A stretch of DNA of 37,322 nt from a virus (taxonomy: Duplodnaviria > Heunggongvirae > Uroviricota > Caudoviricetes), in IMG/VR virus record IMGVR_UViG_2908567220_000001, positions 1-37,322 of that record; one strand, given 5' to 3'. This document shows, piece after piece, positions 1-14,214 of this stretch (the first letter of the stretch is position 1; the number at the start of each line of letters is the position of its first letter). A program made the translations under genes and the position numbers. Under the pieces are notes generated by a model that searched no databases, was not told the origin of the DNA, and was given only the letters and a program-made list of their open reading frames with translations.

Positions 1-582
1 GTCATATTCATCCGCGACAGCCGGACCGCTATAACCGCACTCGTCACCGCGATAGGTCCAGGTGCAGGTGTTGGCCAGCATGATACGTCCCGGAAAAACA
101 GCGCCATCCGTTTCCGTCGGCGTGGACAGTACAAAGGAGGCACTCACCGCGCTCAGTTCGCTGCACTGCTCAATGCGCCAGCGGCTGATCACCTCCTGCT
201 CCGGATCGGCGTCACTGTTTCCGTTGACGAAGTTCACCGCATCCAGAAAACGGGCGTAAACCTTACGCCGGACCACCGTTCCGCCGACCAGACTCTGCAT
301 ATCTTCCGCCATCCCGGTGACCATACCGTACAGGTTAGAAACCGTCAGCGTGGGGCGCGTACTGGTGCCTTTGCCATTCAGTTCAAAACCGCTCCCCTGA
401 ATGGGATACGGCTGATACTGTCGCCCCTGCCAGGTGACCGGCTCACCTTTTTCGTTCTGCTCATTACAGAAAAAATAACGTTCTCCACCGACCTCTGTCA
501 GGTCGATTTCCCAGAGCACCACGCTGGCCGACTGCTCCGCACGGGTGCATTCATTCAGTGTTTCCTGCCGGATATCCTGCAT
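1..582 (-). CDS. L: minor tail protein L (5' part only; 3' end lies beyond window start)
   Basis: Minus-strand frame starts ATG at 582 (MQDIRQETLNECTR...), start overlaps M stop (TGATG); position in L-M-H order; open to base 1. Confidence 0.85.
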   Translation of the reverse strand, partial: MQDIRQETLNECTRAEQSASVVLWEIDLTEVGGERYFFCNEQNEKGEPVTWQGRQYQPYPIQGSGFELNGKGTSTRPTLTVSNLYGMVTGMAEDMQSLVGGTVVRRKVYARFLDAVNFVNGNSDADPEQEVISRWRIEQCSELSAVSASFVLSTPTETDGAVFPGRIMLANTCTWTYRGDECGYSGPAVADEYD

Positions 583-911
583 CAGTTCACCACCTGTTTA
601 AACTCTGCGCTGAACCCAACACGCAACATACTGACCTGCGACGACCATTTTGCGCAGGTCACCTTTATCTGCCTGTAACCATAAGGCGGCGTCCACAGAA
701 AGGCCTTCCAGCCCCCGTGCTCAGCCAGAAACGACTCCAGCGCCGTGGCCTCCTCACGGGAGACAGACAGCGTCACGCTGTACGTTTTCAGGTCAGCGTT
801 CAGCCCGGCAGGCGCACGCTGGGAATAGCCATCACCAAAGCGCACCTCCCTGACGGAAGGAGCCGATGTCACATCCATCCCGGGTTTCACTTTCCAGCGG
901 AAGGTTTTCAT
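582..911 (-). CDS. M: minor tail protein M
   Basis: 109-aa ORF, same length and near-identical to recalled lambda gpM; 4-nt overlap with H. Confidence 0.9.
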   Translation of the reverse strand: MKTFRWKVKPGMDVTSAPSVREVRFGDGYSQRAPAGLNADLKTYSVTLSVSREEATALESFLAEHGGWKAFLWTPPYGYRQIKVTCAKWSSQVSMLRVGFSAEFKQVVN

Positions 912-3469
912 CGTCCACCTCCGGAGAACAGACCACCATCGCGCATCTGTGCCTGGATTTCATCACGGGCACCCTTGCGGGCCATGTCATACACCGCCTT
1001 CATCATCTGTGGACCTGGCAGACCATTCGTACCGTCGTTCTGAATCACCACGTTGTTGTTCTGCTCAAACCTGATACCCTCTGAACGCCGCATTTGCGCC
1101 GGACTTCCGGTGCCACCGACATAACCGCCGGTGGCATAGCCGCGCATCAGCCGGTAGAGATTTCCCACGCCAATCCGGCTGGTTGCCTCCTTCGTGAAGA
1201 CAAATTCACCACGGTGAACAATCCCCGCTGGCTCATATTTGCCGCCGGTTCCCGTAAATCCTCCGGTTGCAAAATGGAGTTTCGCCGCAGCGGCCTGAAT
1301 GGCTGTACCGCCTGACGCGGATGCGCCGCCACCAACAGCCCCGCCAATAGCGCTGCCGATACTCCCGACAATCCCCACCATTGCCTGCTTAAGCAGAATT
1401 TCTGTCATCATGGACAGCACGGAACGGGTGAAGCTGCGCCAGTTCTGTTCACTGCCGGTCAGCATCGCCGCCATATTCTGCGCAATACCATCAAAGGTCT
1501 GCGTGGCAGCACTTTTAACCTGCGACATACTGTCCGTGGCACTCTCTTCCCACTCACTCCAGCCTGACCTGAGGCCTGCCATCCAGCTCCCGCGAAGCTG
1601 GTCTTCAGCCGCCCAGGTCTTTTTCTGCTCTGACATGACGCTATTCAGCGCCAGCGGATTATCGCCATACTGTTCCTTCAGGCGCTGTTCCGTGGCGTCC
1701 CGCGCTGCCTGCCGGTCAGTCAGCCCCCGGTTTTTCGCCTCAATGGCTGCCCGTTTTGCCCGTTGCTGCTGTGCGAATTTATCCGCCTGCTGCGCCAGCG
1801 CGTTCAGGTGCTCCTGATACGTGACCTTATCGCCAAGTGCAGCCAGCTGGCGTTTGTACTCCAGCGTCTCATCTTTATGCGCCAGCAGGGATTTCTCCTG
1901 TGCGGACAGCTGGCGACGTTGCGCCGCCTCCTCCAGTACCGCGAACTGACTTTCTGCCTTCCACAAATCCCGGCGCTGCTGGCTGATTTTCTCATTCGCT
2001 CCGGCATGCTTCTCCAGCGTCCGGAGTTCTGCCTGAAGCGTCAGCAGGGCAGCATGAGCACTGTCTTCCTGACGATCGCCCGCAGACACCTTCACGCCGG
2101 ACTGTTTCGGCTTTTTCAGCGTCGCTTCATAATCCTTTTTCGCCGCCGCCATCAGCGTGTTGTAATCCGCCTGCAGGATTTTCCCGTCTTTCAGTGCCTT
2201 GTTCAGTTCTTCCTGACGGGCGGTATATTTCTCCAGCGGCGTCTGCAGCCGTTCGTAAGCCTTCTGCGCCTCTTCGGTATATTTCAGCCGTGACGCTTCG
2301 GTATCGCTCTGCTGCTGCGCATTTTTGTCCTGTTGAGTCTGCTGCTCAGCCTTCTTTCGGGCGGCTTCAAGCGCAAGACGGGCCTTTTCACGATCATCCC
2401 AGTAACGCGCCCGCGCTTCATCGTTAACAAAATAATCATCCTTGCGCAGATTCCAGATGTCGTCTGCTTTCTTAAACGCAGCCTCTGCCTTAATCAGCAT
2501 CTCCTGCGCGGTATCAGGACGACCAATATCCAGCACCGCATCCCACATGGATTTGAATGCCCGCGCAGTCCTGTCTGCCCAGGTCTCCAGCGTGCCCATG
2601 TTCTCTTTCAGGCGGCGGGTCTGGTCATCAAACCCTTTCGTTGCGGCCTCGTTCGCCGCCTGCAATGCCCCGGCTTCATCGCCGGAACGCTGCAACTGAG
2701 CAACATACGCAATCTGCTCCGCCGTCACGTTATGGAACTGGCGTGCCATCGCCGTCAGCCCCGACGTCGGGTCTGTGGTCAGCTTCCCGAAGGCTTCAGC
2801 GACCTTGTCCACCTCCACGCCGGATGCAGAGGAGAAACGCGCCACACTCTGGCTGATGGACGCAATCTGAGCCTCACCGCTTACCCCCGCCTTAACCAGT
2901 GCGCTGAGTGACTCGCTGGTCTGGTTAAACGTCAGCCCTGCCGCCTGCCCGGCTCTGGACAGGACCAGCATACGATCTGCCGTCAGTCCCGCCTGATTGC
3001 CGGAAAGGACCAGCGTTTTATTGAAATTGGACAGGGTTGAGTCACCCTGATACCAGGCATACGCCAGCGCACCGGTCGCCACCGCCAGCGAAGTGATACC
3101 AACCATCGGCAGGGTGATCGCACCGGTAAGCCCCCTGAACATGGGGATCATCCCGCCGAAGGAGTCCTTCACCTGACCACCCTGTTGCAGCAGGATGAGC
3201 CACGGATTCTGCCCCCCTGCAAGCTGCGTGGCCACGTCGGTGAACTGCGCAGGCAGCATACGCATGGCAGCTTTATACTGCCCGACGGAAATCCCCGCTT
3301 TCTGTGCAGCCAGCGCCTGCCGGTTCATTGACTGTTCAACGACTGCCGCTGTTTTTTTCGCATCACTTTCCGTACCGGAAAAATGACGCCTGACTCTGGC
3401 CATCTGCTCGTCAAATCTGGCCGCATCCAGACTTAAATCAACGACCAGATCGCCTACCGGTTCAGCCAT
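908..3469 (-). CDS. H: tail tape measure protein H
   Basis: 853-aa ORF (lambda gpH length), Ala/Gln/Lys-rich coiled-coil core, Gly-rich C-terminus; lies between G/T and M. Confidence 0.9.
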   Translation of the reverse strand: MAEPVGDLVVDLSLDAARFDEQMARVRRHFSGTESDAKKTAAVVEQSMNRQALAAQKAGISVGQYKAAMRMLPAQFTDVATQLAGGQNPWLILLQQGGQVKDSFGGMIPMFRGLTGAITLPMVGITSLAVATGALAYAWYQGDSTLSNFNKTLVLSGNQAGLTADRMLVLSRAGQAAGLTFNQTSESLSALVKAGVSGEAQIASISQSVARFSSASGVEVDKVAEAFGKLTTDPTSGLTAMARQFHNVTAEQIAYVAQLQRSGDEAGALQAANEAATKGFDDQTRRLKENMGTLETWADRTARAFKSMWDAVLDIGRPDTAQEMLIKAEAAFKKADDIWNLRKDDYFVNDEARARYWDDREKARLALEAARKKAEQQTQQDKNAQQQSDTEASRLKYTEEAQKAYERLQTPLEKYTARQEELNKALKDGKILQADYNTLMAAAKKDYEATLKKPKQSGVKVSAGDRQEDSAHAALLTLQAELRTLEKHAGANEKISQQRRDLWKAESQFAVLEEAAQRRQLSAQEKSLLAHKDETLEYKRQLAALGDKVTYQEHLNALAQQADKFAQQQRAKRAAIEAKNRGLTDRQAARDATEQRLKEQYGDNPLALNSVMSEQKKTWAAEDQLRGSWMAGLRSGWSEWEESATDSMSQVKSAATQTFDGIAQNMAAMLTGSEQNWRSFTRSVLSMMTEILLKQAMVGIVGSIGSAIGGAVGGGASASGGTAIQAAAAKLHFATGGFTGTGGKYEPAGIVHRGEFVFTKEATSRIGVGNLYRLMRGYATGGYVGGTGSPAQMRRSEGIRFEQNNNVVIQNDGTNGLPGPQMMKAVYDMARKGARDEIQAQMRDGGLFSGGGR

Positions 3470-3896
3470 ACCGGACTCCTCCTGCGATCCCTTCTGATAC
3501 TGTCATCAGCATTACGTCATCCTCCGTCATGCCCGCCACATCCGGGGAAGCGGGGATAACTTCATTCCCGTCCGGGTCAAAGCGGACGCCTCCGGCAAGC
3601 CCTGCCGCTTTCTGCATCAGCACATCATCTTCAGGCTCTTCGTCAGCCTCACACCGGTTCAGCAGACTGAAATCCAGCGGATGCATATCCGGATCGCTGA
3701 AAAACAGGCTGAGTACGGTGTACGTCAGCCCGGAAAAGTGCATATCCAGCAGAACATCATGAAAATAATGGGTACTGTAAAAGCGGTGCCAGTCGGCATA
3801 CTCCGTGGATGACATCCCGGCAAGCATGGCGCGCCAGTCGGGTCGCCCCATCTCACGCGCCAGTTTCAGGGCAAAACTCAGCTCACCGTCGAACAC
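3462..3896 (-). CDS. T: tail assembly chaperone T segment, expressed as G-T fusion by -1 frameshift
   Basis: 144-aa frame entered from the end of G at the GGGAAAG slippery heptamer; begins VFDGELSF... with no independent ATG or RBS. Confidence 0.8.
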   Translation of the reverse strand: MFDGELSFALKLAREMGRPDWRAMLAGMSSTEYADWHRFYSTHYFHDVLLDMHFSGLTYTVLSLFFSDPDMHPLDFSLLNRCEADEEPEDDVLMQKAAGLAGGVRFDPDGNEVIPASPDVAGMTEDDVMLMTVSEGIAGGVRYG

Positions 3897-4300
3897 TTTC
3901 CCGCAGAAACAGGCTCTGCTGGCCCGGCGTCATCTGCCTGTTCAGGTGCATCATTCACAACAAACTCAGACATACCGGACAGACGCATTACCACGTTTTC
4001 AGCCTGAGCAATTGCCTCCGTGGGCCAGGTGGTAAGCACTTCCTGCTCAATCTGCGTAATGGCTTCATTCATGGACGGCAGCTTTGTCTTCTGCGGATGG
4101 CTATGCCACAGGGACATCGCCACCAGAAACGCCCCGCCTCTGATAAGATCCTCTACAGACACCTGCAGGTTGCCGCTGGATTCAGCCTTTTTTTCCTGCT
4201 CTTTCAACCAGGCAAGATGCTCAATACGCTGCAGGGCTGACAGTTCAGAAAGCGTGACGGTCACGCCGTTATGTTCAAATGATTCGGTTTTCAGGAACAT
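3878..4300 (-). CDS. G: tail assembly chaperone G
   Basis: 140-aa ORF (lambda gpG length) ending ...AGKCSTVS, slippery site GCG GGA AAG near its 3' end. Confidence 0.9.
   Translation of the reverse strand: MFLKTESFEHNGVTVTLSELSALQRIEHLAWLKEQEKKAESSGNLQVSVEDLIRGGAFLVAMSLWHSHPQKTKLPSMNEAITQIEQEVLTTWPTEAIAQAENVVMRLSGMSEFVVNDAPEQADDAGPAEPVSAGKCSTVS
3896..3902 (-). other. programmed -1 ribosomal frameshift slippery heptamer GGGAAAG (G to G-T)
   Basis: Plus strand reads ctttccc at 3896-3902, i.e. GGGAAAG on the coding strand, exactly at the G/T frame junction. Confidence 0.8.
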
Positions 4301-4315
4301 CGCTGACTCTCCGGA

Positions 4316-5056
4316 TTAACTGTCGGTGACGGTGATTCCTGCAACCACAGCAAGTTCACCATTACCGGATACAACCGGAATGTTGACCTTGCCTGCAGCA
4401 ACACCTTTCACGGTGATGGTCATACCACTGACCGACACGGTGGCTTTTGTTTTATCCGCAGACACCGCACGGAAGCTCTTGTCGGTTGCGCCTTCCGGCT
4501 GGAATGCCACGGTCAGCGTGATGCTCCGCCCTTTCACCACCGAGGAGCTGGCAGGCGTAACGGTCATGCCGGTTGCCGCCGTCACCGTACTGCGATCTTC
4601 TGCCATTGACGGACGGCCCACATTGGTGACCTTCACCGTACGGGTGATCACTTCCTTCGCCGTCACCGCCTTACCGATACTGCTGACCCAGCCACGGAAC
4701 ACATCGACCGTGCCGTTCGGGAAGCGGATTTTATAGGCACGGGTATCACCTTCATTAAACCACGCCAGCAGCGCCTGCTGCCCCTGCTCTCCGGGCATCC
4801 ACGCCAGCGTGAAGCTGGTATCTCCGGCGGATTTCTGCCCCTGCCCGGTCGCGGTCCAGTCCGCATCTTCATCATCGAGATAACTGTCGTCATAGGACTC
4901 AGCGGTCAGTTCGCCGGGCGTCAGGTCTTTAACTTTTGCCAGACGCGACCAGTCAACGTCTGAAAGCGGGTTCGCATAAGGGTCACCGCTCCCCTTATAA
5001 ACCCACAGGGTGGTCCCGGCACCTTTCACCGGCATTACAGGATTTGGTACAGGCAT
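4316..5056 (-). CDS. V: major tail tube protein V with C-terminal Ig-like domain
   Basis: ATG at 5056 ([22 protein letters not shown]...) gives 246 aa like lambda gpV; the track ORF runs 10 codons further upstream. Confidence 0.85.
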   Translation of the reverse strand: MPVPNPVMPVKGAGTTLWVYKGSGDPYANPLSDVDWSRLAKVKDLTPGELTAESYDDSYLDDEDADWTATGQGQKSAGDTSFTLAWMPGEQGQQALLAWFNEGDTRAYKIRFPNGTVDVFRGWVSSIGKAVTAKEVITRTVKVTNVGRPSMAEDRSTVTAATGMTVTPASSSVVKGRSITLTVAFQPEGATDKSFRAVSADKTKATVSVSGMTITVKGVAAGKVNIPVVSGNGELAVVAGITVTDS

Positions 5057-5063
5057 AGCGTCC

Positions 5064-5459
5064 TCACATTTCATAGGTAATGACATAAGTCAGATCGGCT
5101 GAACTCCACAGGCCCGCATCATCGTCGCGCCGGTAGTCATAGCCACTGGCCACCATACTGGTGATCAAATCTGACAGTGCCGGGATATCGCTCATCACCG
5201 GATAAATCCGGGACTCCATCCACGAATCCAGCTCTGAATCCGGCACCTGAGCAGGCAGGAAAACTTCAATATGCAGCTCCGCCTGCCAGGTATCGCTGTC
5301 CAGCTCTTCGCCCGTGTATTCAGCGCCGGTGAGATAAACGGCAATTGCCGGAAAATCTTCCTCATCAAAAACAGCGGGGCGACCATCAAAAAGCGTCGCC
5401 CCGGCGTCATGCTTCTCCAGTGCATCCAGTACGGCTGCACGGAGTTCAGTATGTTTCAT
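5064..5459 (-). CDS. U: tail terminator protein U
   Basis: 131-aa ORF, lambda gpU length and order; overlaps Z stop by 4 nt. Confidence 0.9.
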   Translation of the reverse strand: MKHTELRAAVLDALEKHDAGATLFDGRPAVFDEEDFPAIAVYLTGAEYTGEELDSDTWQAELHIEVFLPAQVPDSELDSWMESRIYPVMSDIPALSDLITSMVASGYDYRRDDDAGLWSSADLTYVITYEM

Positions 5460-6034
5460 CGCTTTATTACCATTCTCAGTTGATGCTGCAGCGCATAGCC
5501 CAGCTCTTTCGGAAGACGCTCACGCCGTATCCGCTCAATATTCTGTTTAAACGCCGTGGTAAGCGGCACCGCCATCGGGATTTTCACCACATCAATGGGG
5601 TAACGGTTTTTCCCGGCCACACGCTGCATGACATGCCACCGGCCATTTTTCAGTTGCTGAATAAACGCGCCGGGAATACGACGGTTACCCACCACAAGCA
5701 CGCTGCCGCCACCTTTCAGGGATGAACGCTGCCCCTTTTTACGACGCCTGCGGCGGGACAGGACAACCCGCGCATTACCCAGCCTGATTACGGGCAAATC
5801 CCCCCGGTTAACTTTGATTCTGGCCTGCGGATTTTTGACCGTGGCCCTTTTCAGCCTGGCCCTTTCCTTTACCAGTTTCCGGCGTACCTTTGTCTCACGG
5901 GCAACCTGTGACGCAGACTGCGATATCGCGGATGACGCAACGCGGTTAATGGCTATTGCGGCGGCACCAGGCACCGCCGTTTTGCTGATACGGCTGAGGT
6001 TTTCAACGGCCTGCTCAAGACCTTTTATGGCCAT
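5456..6034 (-). CDS. Z: tail completion protein Z
   Basis: 192-aa ORF, lambda gpZ length and synteny. Confidence 0.9.
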   Translation of the reverse strand: MAIKGLEQAVENLSRISKTAVPGAAAIAINRVASSAISQSASQVARETKVRRKLVKERARLKRATVKNPQARIKVNRGDLPVIRLGNARVVLSRRRRRKKGQRSSLKGGGSVLVVGNRRIPGAFIQQLKNGRWHVMQRVAGKNRYPIDVVKIPMAVPLTTAFKQNIERIRRERLPKELGYALQHQLRMVIKR

Positions 6035-6045
6035 ACATCCCCCTT

Positions 6046-6399
6046 TCAGCGGCGACGGTTAACGGCAGGCGGTACGCCCCGTCCAAGCCAGAGATGACAA
6101 CTTCCGCCATCATCCGGCGTAACCCGATCTACCCAGAAATTTTCCTCACCGATGGTCAGCGTGTCTCCACGCCGCAGCTGCCGCACCTCATCAGTCCGGA
6201 CAAACAGGGACGGGCTGGAGCCTTCAACGCGCACGCCCTGTCCGGCATAGCTGATATTTTCAGGGTCATCAAAAACACCACGTATCACAGCACCGGACTG
6301 CTCACCGGATGTCATGGTGGCTGACGTTCCCATGTACCCGCGTATCGTTTCATCAGCGCGAGCAATGGCAGCATCGAACAGGTTATCGAAATCAGCCAC
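6046..6399 (-). CDS. FII: head-tail connector protein FII
   Basis: 117-aa ORF, lambda gpFII length and synteny. Confidence 0.9.
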   Translation of the reverse strand: MADFDNLFDAAIARADETIRGYMGTSATMTSGEQSGAVIRGVFDDPENISYAGQGVRVEGSSPSLFVRTDEVRQLRRGDTLTIGEENFWVDRVTPDDGGSCHLWLGRGVPPAVNRRR

Positions 6400-6410
6400 A
6401 GCGCCTCCCG

Positions 6411-6809
6411 TTATTGCATTCTGGCCAGGCCACGTTCTGTCATTTCGGCTGCCACACCGGCAGAGACACGAAACGCCGTTCCCGGCAGCACAAATGCCAC
6501 AGGTTTATCCCGCGTGGCGTGAAGTGCATCAGTATGCAGCGTCACCAGTGCCACGACCGTGACCAGTTCAGCCGTATCCTGAATCACGGTATCCGGCTGC
6601 GCTGATACCACCTCATTTTCATGCCCGGTCAGCACATTTTCCCGGCTGAGAGGGGTGTCCTGACCGGCAGTTTCATCCGTGTCATCAAGCTCTTCTTCCA
6701 GCTCTGCCACACGAAGCGCCAGTTCTTCTTTCGTTCCCGTCAAACTGACATCGCGGTTCAGTTGCTCACCCAGCTCCTGAAGACGGGCAATCAGTTCATC
6801 TTTCGTCAT
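6411..6809 (-). CDS. FI: DNA packaging protein FI
   Basis: ATG at 6809 (MTKDELIARLQ...) preceded by GGAGGAG; 132 aa like lambda gpFI; track ORF has a 13-codon upstream extension. Confidence 0.85.
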   Translation of the reverse strand: MTKDELIARLQELGEQLNRDVSLTGTKEELALRVAELEEELDDTDETAGQDTPLSRENVLTGHENEVVSAQPDTVIQDTAELVTVVALVTLHTDALHATRDKPVAFVLPGTAFRVSAGVAAEMTERGLARMQ

Positions 6810-6850
6810 GAACTCCTCCACAGAGAGAAAATGGCCCCGAAGGGCCATGA

Positions 6851-7876
6851 TTACGCCAGTTGTACAGACACGAACTCATCAGGATCAGCCAGCAGCATCA
6901 GCGGTGCTGACTGAATCATGGTGAACTCACGCGCCGGATCGCCGGTGGTCACCCAGTTTTTCGGGTAACGGGCAGAGGCGTTAATGCCTTCGCGCTGTGC
7001 GTCCGCATCCTGAATGCAGCCATAGGTGCGCAGACCGCGTGCCTGAGTGTTCCCCAGCACCATCGTGTTGTCCGGCAGGAAGTTCTTTTTGACGCCGTTT
7101 TCCACGTACTGTCCGGAATACACGACGATGGCCACATCGCCATACATCCCCTTGTAGGACACCGCTTTGCCCAGGTCTTTCACCGCTGTCTCCAGCTCGG
7201 AATGAGAGCCGCGACGAGTATCCAGCTTCTCCTTGACGGCTTTGAAGGAACGGAACAGCGCCCAGCCTTTCGGATCAAACACGATGATATTCACCACTCC
7301 GCTGGCGTTCAGCGCGTAGGCTTCGATATCGTCGGTCGGGTCATACGTGGACTTGTCACGCTTGCTCCACTCCGTGCTGCCGGACTGCGTGATGTTGTTG
7401 GCCGCACTGCGGCCCATATCCACCTCAACCGGATCGAAGGCTTCACCGGTCATGGTGTATTTGCCCTTAAGCACGGCAGAAACTGCCTGCATCTCTTCCA
7501 CCTGGGCAATGGCCAGCTCTTCGTCACGCATGTTCTGCATGATGATGCGACGGCGACGGTAAGCCGGGTCCGCCAGATTCTGCGGATCTTCATCCGGCAG
7601 GCGACGCAGGGTCATCTGCGGATTCACTTCATGCTTGGGTTTGACATATCCCGGCGTAAATTCAGAGGTGGAGCCGCCACGGGAGCGGATAACCTCACCG
7701 GAAACAATCGGCGAAACGTACAGCGCCATGTTTACCAGTCCCGGAATTTGTGAGAGATAGACTTTTTCCGTGGTGAAGGGATAGCTCTCACGGAAAAAGA
7801 GACGCAGAAACAGCGGATCAAACTTAAATTTCTGCTCATTTGCCGCCAGCAGCTGGGCGGTTGTGTACATCGACAT
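6851..7876 (-). CDS. E: major capsid protein E
   Basis: ATG at 7876 (MSMYTTAQLLAANEQKF...) gives 341 aa, near-identical to recalled lambda gpE. Confidence 0.9.
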   Translation of the reverse strand: MSMYTTAQLLAANEQKFKFDPLFLRLFFRESYPFTTEKVYLSQIPGLVNMALYVSPIVSGEVIRSRGGSTSEFTPGYVKPKHEVNPQMTLRRLPDEDPQNLADPAYRRRRIIMQNMRDEELAIAQVEEMQAVSAVLKGKYTMTGEAFDPVEVDMGRSAANNITQSGSTEWSKRDKSTYDPTDDIEAYALNASGVVNIIVFDPKGWALFRSFKAVKEKLDTRRGSHSELETAVKDLGKAVSYKGMYGDVAIVVYSGQYVENGVKKNFLPDNTMVLGNTQARGLRTYGCIQDADAQREGINASARYPKNWVTTGDPAREFTMIQSAPLMLLADPDEFVSVQLA

Positions 7877-7931
7877 AAAAAAATCCCGTAAAAAAAGCCG
7901 CACAGGCGGCCTTTAGTGATGAAGGGTCAGG

Positions 7932-8264
7932 TTAAACGATGCTGATTGCCGTTCCGGCAAACGCGGTCCGTTTTTTCGTCTCATCGCTGGCAGCCTCCGG
8001 CCAGAGCACATCCTCATAACGGAACGTGCCGGACTTGTAGAACGTCAGCGTGGTGCTGGTCTGGTCAGCAGCAACAGCAAGAATGCCGACAGCAGCACCG
8101 TCGGTGGTGCCATCCCACGCAACCAGCTTACGGGTGGAGGTGTCCAGCATCAGCGGGGTCATTGCAGGCGCTTTCGCACTCAATCCGCCTGGCGCGGTTG
8201 CGGTATGAGCCGGGTCACTGTTGCCCAGCGGCTGGTAATGGGTAAAGGTTTCTTTGCTCGTCAT
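7932..8264 (-). CDS. D: head decoration protein D
   Basis: ATG at 8264 ([12 protein letters not shown]...) gives 110 aa like lambda gpD. Confidence 0.9.
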   Translation of the reverse strand: MTSKETFTHYQPLGNSDPAHTATAPGGLSAKAPAMTPLMLDTSTRKLVAWDGTTDGAAVGILAVAADQTSTTLTFYKSGTFRYEDVLWPEAASDETKKRTAFAGTAISIV

Positions 8265-8273
8265 AAACATCCC

Positions 8274-9573
8274 TTACACTGGTGTGTTCAGCAAATCGTT
8301 AACGGCATCAGATGCCGGGTTACCTGCAGCCAGCGGTGCCGGTGCCCCCTGCATCAGACGATCCAGCGCAGTGTCACTGCGCGCCTGTGCACTCTGTGGT
8401 GCTGCGGCCAGAATGCGGCGGGCCGTTTCCACGGTCATACCGGGGGTTTCTGCCAGCACGCGGGCCTGTTCTTCGCGTCCGTGAGCCTCCTCACAGTTGA
8501 GGATCCCCATAATGCGGCTGTTTTCTGCCGCAACCGCTGCGGTGATCTGCGCGTTCGCGTCCGGCTGCGCCGCGCTGGCGTTCTCGCCCTCCGTCGCTGG
8601 CACCACGTCAGTAACGTCAGCCTGCGAAGCAGTGGCTGAAACAGTTGTTGATTGAGTCTCTTTGGTCATTCGCCCTCCTGAGAGACGGGATTTACGTGCA
8701 TCCAGTGCATCACGCATGACGGTGATCGCATCGGTACTGTTAACAAGTTCATCAGCCAGTCCGGCATCAATGGCCTCCTGACCGCTGTACACTGCAGCCT
8801 CGGTATCCAGCACAGCCTGCACGGACAGGCCGGTATATGCCGACACCTTCTGTGCAAACATCCGGCGGGTTGCATCCATCCGGGACTGCAGTGTTTCCCG
8901 GACATCATCCGGTAGATGGCTGTAGGGGTTGCCATCCACCTTATGGCTGCCGCTGTAAATCAGCGTGATTTCCACGCCCTGTTTCTCCAGCGCAGCACCG
9001 TAATTACTGTGAGCCATCATGACGCCGATGGAGCCTGTCCGGGCGGTCTGCGTGACCAGACGCCGGGAGGCGGCACTGGCAAGCAGCTGACCTGCGCTGC
9101 AGTTCATGTCATTGGCCAGCGCCCATACCGGCTTTATGTCACGCACACGGGCGATGATGTCAGCGCAGTCAAATGCCCCTGCCACCATTCCGCCGGGCGT
9201 GTCCATATCCAGCAGAATGCCGTCCACCATCGGGTCGCTGGCAGCCTGTTGCAGACGGGCGATAATGCCGTTGTAACCGGTCATCCCCGAATACGGCTGC
9301 AGCGCCCGCGTCCGGCTGACCAGCGTGCCGGAAACCGGCAGCACGGCGATGCCGTTCATGACCTGATAACTGCGGGCCTGTCGTGGTCCGTCATCATCAC
9401 CGGATAACGCCAGCGTCGCGGGTGCCTCTCCGGCAGTCAGGCTGTCGCCGGACACCGCATCCGTCAGGCGACTGATCCCAAGCTGGCCTGCAAGCGCACA
9501 AAAGAAAACCCGCGCATAGGCGGGTTCAAGCATCAGCGGCTCATTAAAAGCCATGCTGGCAATATGCGGGAGA

Positions 9574-9593
<20 letters not shown>
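8274..9593 (-). CDS. C: capsid maturation protease C (S49/ClpP-like), with scaffold Nu3 nested in frame in its C-terminal part
   Basis: GTG at 9593 gives 439 aa (VTAELRNLPHIASMAFNEPL...) like lambda gpC; the 484-aa track ORF would overlap B by about 155 nt; an in-frame internal Met (MTKETQSTTV...) marks the putative Nu3 start. Confidence 0.85.
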
Positions 9594-13274
<3,681 letters not shown>

Positions 13275-13300
<26 letters not shown>

Positions 13301-13820
13301 TCAGCAACCCCGGTATCAGTTCATCCAGCGCGGCTGCTTTGTTCATGGCTTTGATGATATCCCGTTTCAGGAAATCAACATGTCGGTTTTCCAGTTCCGG
13401 AAAACGCCGCTGTACCGAGAGAGGGATCCCGTCAAGAATACTGGCAATTTCACCTGCGATCCGTGACAGCACGAAAGTACAGAATGCGGTTTCCACCACC
13501 TCTGCGGAGTCTCTGGCATTCTTCAGCTCCTGTGCGTCGGCCTGCGCACGCGTAAGTCGATGGCGTTCGTACTCAATAGTCCCAGGCTGGAGATCTGCCT
13601 CACTGGCAGCCCTGTAATCCACAACCTCTTTACGGAGTTTTTCATTTTCGATATCAGCTTCCCTCTGCGCATACCACTGAATTGCCATGGCGGTATCAAA
13701 TACAGATTCAACGCCCTTACCACCTCCGGAGACGCAAGGGAGTCCCTGAGACTGCCAGCGTTCAATCGTTCGCGGATCCACGTTGAAAATTTCGGCAAGT
13801 TTCTTTTTATTAACCTTCAT
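13275..13820 (-). CDS. Nu1: terminase small subunit Nu1
   Basis: 181-aa ORF; C-terminal two thirds near-identical to recalled lambda gpNu1, N-terminal DNA-binding domain diverged; adjacent to cos. Confidence 0.9.
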
Positions 13821-13847
13821 GAAACAGTCTCACAATAAATACAGGGG

Positions 13848-13957
13848 CCGACATGAAAGTGCCCGAAAATGACTTTTTTAGGCGTTTTCATGTCGGACCT
13901 TTTACGGATTCGATATTAGAAAAAACAAATAGTTATGTTCGAGAAGTACCGACATGA
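13848..13957. promoter_or_regulatory. cosB-like region with three copies of CCGACATGA (two direct, one inverted)
   Basis: CCGACATGA at 13848-13856 and 13949-13957, inverted copy TCATGTCGG at 13888-13896, between Nu1 start and cosN. Confidence 0.5.
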
Positions 13958-13996
13958 TTTTCCCCGGAAAATTTTCATAAATAGCGAAAACCCGCG

Positions 13997-14008
13997 AGGT
14001 CGCCGCCC
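13997..14008. other. cosN cohesive-end site
   Basis: Minus strand from 14008 reads GGGCGGCGACCTCGCGGGTTTTCGCTATTTATGAAAATTTTCCGG, matching the recalled lambda left end; the other flank matches the lambda right-end terminus. Confidence 0.8.
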
Positions 14009-14214
14009 CGTAACCGGTCGGATCGCCGGAAAGGACCCACGAAATGATAATGATTATCATCTATATAAGGTTTATCACAACATGTGAGTACGCCATCAAA
14101 CCACGAGAAATAATCAATTATGACGCAGGTATCGTATTAATTGATCTGCGTCAAATTAACGTAAAAGCAACTTCAGATAATACAAATCAGCAACACTGAA
14201 TATGGGGAAACATT

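Noticed and set aside
1299-2911. Long plus-strand ORFs (1299-1817, 1763-2293, 2333-2911, 2557-2856) inside the H gene
   Set aside because: Antisense to the well-supported 853-aa tape measure gene; GC-rich, Arg/Ala/Pro-rich translations typical of spurious frames; no RBS or synteny.
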